A stretch of 64,000 bases of DNA from an uncultured Streptobacillus sp. Its GTDB lineage: Bacteria; Fusobacteriota; Fusobacteriia; Fusobacteriales; Leptotrichiaceae. Shown one piece after another: positions 59,213 to 64,000 of this stretch; position 1 is the first letter of the stretch, and each line of letters opens with the position of its first letter. The stretch is from contig CAURNT010000001.1 in assembly GCA_963526495.1 (NCBI GenBank), forward strand, positions 4,398-68,397. Reading direction: 5' to 3'. The translations under genes were made by a program, and so were the position numbers. The notes below the pieces were generated by a model, which saw nothing but the letters and a program-made list of their open reading frames with translations, was not told the DNA's origin and ran no database searches.

Positions 59213-59971
59213 CTAATCACCTAAATAAGCCTTTATAACTTCAGGGTTATTTTGAATTTCTAAAGGATTTCCTTTCGCTATTATTTCTCCAAAATTAAGA
59301 ACATATAATCTTTCACATATACCCATAACTAAATCCATATCATGTTCAATTAAAAGTATTGAAATACCCATATTATCTCTAATATTTCTTATTATTTCCA
59401 TCAATTCCTGTGTTTCATTAGGATTCATACCAGCAGCTGGTTCATCTAATAATAATAATTTTGGATTACAAGCTAGTGCTCTTGCTATTTCTAATTTTCT
59501 TTGATTACCATAAGATAATGAATCAGCTCTATTGTTAGCCATAGATTCTAAATCAAACATCCTAAGATATTCTAACGCTTTTTTTGTTAATTCTGATTCC
59601 ATATTTCTAAATTTCTTTGTTCTAAATATAGCAGCTAAAGTTGAATAATTTTCTTTTTGATCAAGAGATATTCTAACATTATCTAATACGCTAAGTTGCT
59701 TATATATTCTAATATTTTGAAAAGTTCTAGAAATACCAAGTTCAACTATTTTATTAGTTTTCAAATTAAAAGTATTAACTCCTGATATCTTAATACTTCC
59801 CTCCGTAGGTTTATATACTCCTGTCAAAAGATTAAATACTGAAGTTTTACCAGCACCGTTAGGTCCTATTAATCCAACTAATTCACCTTCATTTATTTCC
59901 ATATTTAAGTTATTTACAGCTCTTAATCCTCCAAAATCTATACTTAGATTTTCTGTTTTTAGTAATTCCAT
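59213..59971 (-). CDS. livG: Branched-chain amino acid ABC transporter ATP-binding protein LivG
   Basis: 252 aa. Contains GPNGAGKTS, LSYGNQRKLEIARAL, LLLDEPAAGMNP and C-terminal AYLG. Confidence 0.92.
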   Translation of the reverse strand: MELLKTENLSIDFGGLRAVNNLNMEINEGELVGLIGPNGAGKTSVFNLLTGVYKPTEGSIKISGVNTFNLKTNKIVELGISRTFQNIRIYKQLSVLDNVRISLDQKENYSTLAAIFRTKKFRNMESELTKKALEYLRMFDLESMANNRADSLSYGNQRKLEIARALACNPKLLLLDEPAAGMNPNETQELMEIIRNIRDNMGISILLIEHDMDLVMGICERLYVLNFGEIIAKGNPLEIQNNPEVIKAYLGD

Positions 59972-60990
59972 TATTTCACCACCTTATTTTTTATCCTCTT
60001 TAAAAATGAGAATAGTTTAGGTATAGTAAACTCTGATGTACCTAATATACCATCTTTCTTAAATATCATTAAAAATATTAGTATTAAAGAATATATTAAA
60101 AGTCTATACTCTGAAACCGATCTTAATATTTCATTTAATAAAGTTAGGAAAGTCGCAGAAACAACAGCACCTGTAATACTACCAAGACCTCCTAACACAA
60201 CCATAACTAATATTTCTATAGAGAATACAAAATTGAATTTATCAGGTGTTAAACTTCCTAAATTATGTGCAAATAAAGAACCACCAATACCAGCAAAAAA
60301 TGCAGAAAGTATAAATCCATAAATCTTCGCTTTATTAATATCTACTCCCATATTTTCTGCAGCTATTTCATTTTCTCTAATAGATAATAGTAATCTACCT
60401 TTTTTAGAAATCAATATCATTATTAATACAATAGATGATAAAACAACTATTAAATACACATTATTAAATGTTGTAATATTAGGAATACCATTTAATCCTG
60501 CTGCACCACCTAAAAAATCAATATTTTGTATTATATATTTAATTATTTCACCAAAAGCAAGAGTAATTATAGCAAGATAATCCCCTCTAAGTCTTAAAGT
60601 TATAGACGATAAAAATAATCCTGAAAATCCTGCTATTATTCCTCCAAATATAGTTACTATAAGTAAATGTAAATCTGAATTTAATGAATATTTTTGAAGA
60701 AATATAGATAAAATACTTGCAGAATAGGCTCCAATAGATATAAATCCTGCATGACCTAAATTAAGTTCTCCCATTACTCCTGATACTACATTTAAACTTA
60801 ATGCAAATAAAATATATATTAAAATATTTACATATATACCAGCCTTATAACTAAATATATCATCGCCAAGTATTGAATAAGCAAGACATAAATAAAGTAA
60901 AGCTAAAAGTAGAAAACTTGTAATATAGTTTTTCTTATTTATATTTTTTAAATTTTCAGCATAATTTCTAATTTTTAAAGTATTCTCCAT
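59971..60990 (-). CDS. livM: Branched-chain amino acid ABC transporter permease LivM
   Basis: 339 aa. Polytopic, with a LNLGHAGFISIGAY motif. Confidence 0.9.
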   Translation of the reverse strand: MENTLKIRNYAENLKNINKKNYITSFLLLALLYLCLAYSILGDDIFSYKAGIYVNILIYILFALSLNVVSGVMGELNLGHAGFISIGAYSASILSIFLQKYSLNSDLHLLIVTIFGGIIAGFSGLFLSSITLRLRGDYLAIITLAFGEIIKYIIQNIDFLGGAAGLNGIPNITTFNNVYLIVVLSSIVLIMILISKKGRLLLSIRENEIAAENMGVDINKAKIYGFILSAFFAGIGGSLFAHNLGSLTPDKFNFVFSIEILVMVVLGGLGSITGAVVSATFLTLLNEILRSVSEYRLLIYSLILIFLMIFKKDGILGTSEFTIPKLFSFLKRIKNKVVK

Positions 60991-60991
60991 C

Positions 60992-61888
60992 TTACACCTT
61001 CTCTTTCATATTTTTACCTAAAATACCATTAGGTCTAAATATTAAAGTTATTATCAATATTCCAAATACTATTGGATTTGCCCAAGTTGATGAAATATAT
61101 CCTTTTACATAATTTTCTATTATACCCATTAAATATCCACCAATAACTGCTCCAGGAATAGAACCTATACCACCAAAAACAGCAGCAATAAATGCTTTAA
61201 GACCTGGTAATAATCCCATATATGGATCAATTCTTGGATACATTAGGGCATACATAACTCCACCTAAGGCACCTAAAGCAGATCCTATTGCAAAAGTTAT
61301 AGAAATTGTAAAATCTGTATTTATTCCCATAAGTTTAGCTGCAGATAAATCTTGTGCAACTGCACGCATAGCTTTACCAAGATTCGTAAATTTAATAAAT
61401 AAATAAAGTAATATCATACATATTATTGATACTATGATTATAAACAAACTTAAATAACTAGCATCAATACCTAATATATTTACATACTTATCATTAGATA
61501 AAAATATAGGAACATTATTTAATGATATAACCTTAGGAGAAGCTCCAAAATAAATTAAAGCGATACTTTCAAGTAAAAAACTAACTCCAATAGCTGTAAT
61601 CAATACATTCATACGACTACCATCTCTTAATGGTTTATATGCTAATTTTTCAATCACTACCCCTAATATTACACAAAATAAAACTGCAACAAGTAAGGCA
61701 CTTGTCAACCCAAAACCATTTGTAACACACATAAAAGCTATATATGCACCTACCATCAAAATATCACCATGTGCAAAATTTATTAACTTTACTATACCAT
61801 AAACCATAGTATATCCTAGGGCTATAAGTGCATAAATACTTCCAGTTTGCAAACCATTCAATGTTTGCTCTAAAAAGTTCTTAAACAT
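60992..61888 (-). CDS. livH: Branched-chain amino acid ABC transporter permease LivH
   Basis: 298 aa. Contains GLQTGSIYALIALGYTMVYGIVKLINFAHGD. Confidence 0.9.
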   Translation of the reverse strand: MFKNFLEQTLNGLQTGSIYALIALGYTMVYGIVKLINFAHGDILMVGAYIAFMCVTNGFGLTSALLVAVLFCVILGVVIEKLAYKPLRDGSRMNVLITAIGVSFLLESIALIYFGASPKVISLNNVPIFLSNDKYVNILGIDASYLSLFIIIVSIICMILLYLFIKFTNLGKAMRAVAQDLSAAKLMGINTDFTISITFAIGSALGALGGVMYALMYPRIDPYMGLLPGLKAFIAAVFGGIGSIPGAVIGGYLMGIIENYVKGYISSTWANPIVFGILIITLIFRPNGILGKNMKEKV

Positions 61889-61895
61889 TTTTCCT

Positions 61896-61929
61896 CCAAA
61901 AATAAAATGACCTAGATGGTCATTTTATT
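61896..61929 (-). terminator. Intra-operon hairpin/attenuating terminator between livJ and livH
   Basis: 12-bp perfect stem aataaaatgacc (61901-61912) / ggtcattttatt (61918-61929) with a 5-nt loop. It is U-rich 3' on the minus transcript and abuts the livH SD. Confidence 0.5.
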
Positions 61930-61932
61930 GTT

Positions 61933-63060
61933 TTAATATTTTTCCTTTAATAATACTTTTCCATCTTTAATAGTTAAGAAAGAAACTTGTTTTTTAGGAT
62001 TTCTTTCAGAATCAAATTCTAAATTTCCTGTAACTAAATCAAGTTTAGTTTGTGAAATTAAATCTCTTAACTTAGCTGGATCTAAATTTTCTGACTTAGC
62101 TAAAGCTTCTACTAAAATTGTAGCAGAATCATAACCTAAAGCATTAAATAAATTAGGCTCTTTATTATACTTAGCTTTATACGCTTCTCTAAACTTAACT
62201 GATAATTCCTTTTGATCTTCAAGATCATATTGACTTGTAAATATTGCACCATCTGCAACTTGTGCAAAATTCTCTTGTATTCCATCCCAACCATCTGAAC
62301 CAAAGGCTTGAATACTTAATCCTAATTCTTTAGCTTGTGATAATATTAATCCTATTGTATTATAGTAATCTGGTATTAATAAAGCATCAGCGCCAGAGTT
62401 TTTAATATTAGTTAAAAGAGATTTAAAGTCTTTATCATCTTTAGTATATTTTTGTTCTATAAATGAAAGTCCTTCACTTTTCGCTACTTCTTTAAACTTA
62501 TCAGAAACTCCAACAGAATAATCACTTGAAGTATTTGTAAGAATTGCAACATTCTTATATCCTAATTTCTTTATATACTTAGCTAAAACTTCACCTTGAT
62601 AAGGATCTGTAAAAGTAGTTCTAAATACATAATCTTTACCTGTTGTAATATCAAATCTAGTTCCAGCAGGTGTAATCATAGGTATCTTTGCCTTTTGTGC
62701 AAGTTCAGCTGCTGCAAAGGTATTTGCAGAAATAGCTTCCCCTAAAATTGCATTAACTTTATCAACTGATATCATTTTTTTTACAATATTTACAACTTCT
62801 TGTAAATCGCCTTTTGTATCTTGTACTAATAATTCAACTTTTTTACCATTTATTCCACCGGCATTGTTAACTTCCTCAATCTTTAATTCTATTCCCTCTT
62901 TTATAGCTACACCATATTGTGATAAATCACCTGTTAATGGTTCAGGAAGACCAACTTTAATAATAGAATCAGCTCCCTCCTGACTACTACTATTTGTTGC
63001 CTTAGCACCACAACTAAATAAAAACATTACAGATAAAACTGATAATATTACTTTTTTCAT
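61933..63060 (-). CDS. livJ: Branched-chain amino acid ABC transporter substrate-binding lipoprotein
   Basis: Type I periplasmic binding fold. Start at the ATG at 63060 (GGAGG SD) gives MKKVILSVLSVMFLFSCGA with a lipobox. The ORF-track start at 63105 adds an unsupported 15 aa. Confidence 0.9.
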   Translation of the reverse strand: MKKVILSVLSVMFLFSCGAKATNSSSQEGADSIIKVGLPEPLTGDLSQYGVAIKEGIELKIEEVNNAGGINGKKVELLVQDTKGDLQEVVNIVKKMISVDKVNAILGEAISANTFAAAELAQKAKIPMITPAGTRFDITTGKDYVFRTTFTDPYQGEVLAKYIKKLGYKNVAILTNTSSDYSVGVSDKFKEVAKSEGLSFIEQKYTKDDKDFKSLLTNIKNSGADALLIPDYYNTIGLILSQAKELGLSIQAFGSDGWDGIQENFAQVADGAIFTSQYDLEDQKELSVKFREAYKAKYNKEPNLFNALGYDSATILVEALAKSENLDPAKLRDLISQTKLDLVTGNLEFDSERNPKKQVSFLTIKDGKVLLKEKY

Positions 63061-63093
63061 TTTCGCTCCTCCAATTCTTAAAATTATGAAATG

Positions 63094-63121
63094 ATTATAC
63101 CACATATTTTAAATTATTCAA
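63094..63121 (-). promoter_or_regulatory. liv operon promoter
   Basis: Minus strand: TTGAAT (63121-63116), 16 nt spacer, TGgTATAAT (TATAAT at 63099-63094). Confidence 0.5.
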
Positions 63122-63181
63122 AATATATTTAATTTATGATTGCCATATATATTATTTATGATTGAATTCTTTTTCATAAAT

Positions 63182-63208
63182 AAAAAAAATAGACATACAT
63201 CTATTTTT
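63182..63208 (-). terminator. Weak A/U-rich terminator 3' of the KH-domain gene
   Basis: 9-bp stem aaaaataga (63185-63193) / tctattttt (63200-63208) with a 6-nt loop and a following U-run. Only 2 G:C pairs. Confidence 0.35.
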
Positions 63209-63446
63209 CTATAACCTTTATAACTACATTTTCTTTATTTTTATTAGATATAGAAGAAATTAAATTTCTAATACAAGTAATCAACTTTCCATTTCTTCCA
63301 ATTATCTTCCCTATATTTTCTTTATCAACAACTATGTCAATAAGTATATTTTTCCCACCTTTAGTACTTATGTCATACTTTACTTCATTTTGTAATAATT
63401 GTTCCAACCAAAATTTAACCATTTCTTTATAATATTCTTCGTTCAT
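63201..63446 (-). CDS. khpA: KH-domain RNA-binding protein (KhpA/YlqC type)
   Basis: Contains the KH core IGKIIGRNGKLITCIRNLI. I prefer the ATG at 63446, which forms an ATGA overlap with the upstream stop, over 63461. Confidence 0.8.
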   Translation of the reverse strand: MNEEYYKEMVKFWLEQLLQNEVKYDISTKGGKNILIDIVVDKENIGKIIGRNGKLITCIRNLISSISNKNKENVVIKVIEK

Positions 63447-63682
63447 AGTATCCCTTTCCAAAAATCTTGTGATATTATATCAAATTTAATACCATTTTTT
63501 CTAAATTTTTCTAAAAGCAAATCAACATCACTTTTCATATACTCATTTGTTAAAATTTTAATTTTACCATTTTTAGAATCTAAAGTTCTTACTATAGCTA
63601 AACCTTCATAAGCTTCTACAATTTTATTGATAAAATCAATATCATGCTTATCTATATCTAAAATATATTCATAACTTCTCAT
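63443..63682 (-). CDS. Small conserved protein resembling DUF4911
   Basis: 79 aa. The pattern IDFINKIVEAYEGLAIVRTLDSKNGKIKI resembles DUF4911-type proteins as I recall them. It is tightly packed between rsmA and khpA. Confidence 0.5.
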   Translation of the reverse strand: MRSYEYILDIDKHDIDFINKIVEAYEGLAIVRTLDSKNGKIKILTNEYMKSDVDLLLEKFRKNGIKFDIISQDFWKGIL

Positions 63683-63683
63683 A

Positions 63684-64000
63684 TCAGTCCTCTAATTTCT
63701 TTATTAATTCTATATATTCTTCTATAGTTAATTCTTCAGCACGTGCTTTAACTGTTTTCCCCATCTCAAGTAAAATATTTTCTAATTTTTCTCTTTCCAC
63801 ACCAATCAACTTAAGATTATTAACTAAACTCTTTCTTTTATTAGTAAATGAAGCTTTAATATATTTAATATATATTTTTTCATTTATTAATTTTTCATAT
63901 TTTTTATCTTTATATGGTTTTATTCTAATAAAAGCTGAATCAACCTTAGGTATAGGATCAAACATTTCCTTATTTACAGTAAATAAATACTCAACTTCAG
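63684..64000 (-). CDS. rsmA: 16S rRNA (adenine1518/1519-N6)-dimethyltransferase RsmA/KsgA, 3' part (5' end lies outside the window)
   Basis: Contains F.P.PKVDSAFIRI and KRKSLVNNL, with the RAEELTIEEY C-terminal helical domain. The reading frame stays open to the window edge. Confidence 0.85.
   Translation of the reverse strand, partial: EVEYLFTVNKEMFDPIPKVDSAFIRIKPYKDKKYEKLINEKIYIKYIKASFTNKRKSLVNNLKLIGVEREKLENILLEMGKTVKARAEELTIEEYIELIKKLED

Noticed and set aside
1-64000. CRISPR arrays, tRNA/rRNA genes, intact IS elements, integrases or prophage genes
   Set aside because: No regularly spaced direct repeats, no GC-rich cloverleaf-like segments in any intergenic region over 100 nt, and no transposase or integrase-like ORFs were seen on either strand.

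Overview
Very AT-rich bacterial chromosome segment. Gene content and protein sequences (LepA, EF-P, YadA-like adhesins, a subtilase autotransporter) point to Fusobacteriota, Fusobacteriaceae or Leptotrichiaceae-like; this assignment is by eye only. The window is mostly core genome. After a small divergent region (mscL, two small orphan units, lepA, yebC), 49 consecutive CDSs lie on the minus strand (4423-64000). They include a sucrose PTS regulon (scrR, scrA-scrB-scrK), xth, metG, trmL, a dGTPase / TrmB-like / M50 protease trio, a MATE pump, a secreted EEP nuclease, efp, smc, xseA, uvrB, trxB, tyrS, ppc, a DEAD-box helicase, rbgA, rsmI, ctpA, tlyA, yhbY, rpsO, livJHMGF, khpA and the 3' part of rsmA/ksgA. 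I saw no rRNA, tRNA, CRISPR array, intact IS or prophage, and no convincing multi-gene defence system. The accessory-looking parts are: (i) a three-gene outer-membrane operon (707-aa barrel, 1911-aa lipidated S8 autotransporter, 436-aa barrel/coiled-coil protein) bracketed by direct copies of a terminator-containing repeat; (ii) two tandem YadA-like trimeric autotransporter genes with post-anchor coiled-coil tails; (iii) an orphan hsdS fragment; (iv) a compact small-peptide transcription unit missing from the ORF track. All functional calls rest on motif recognition by eye, and no database search was run.
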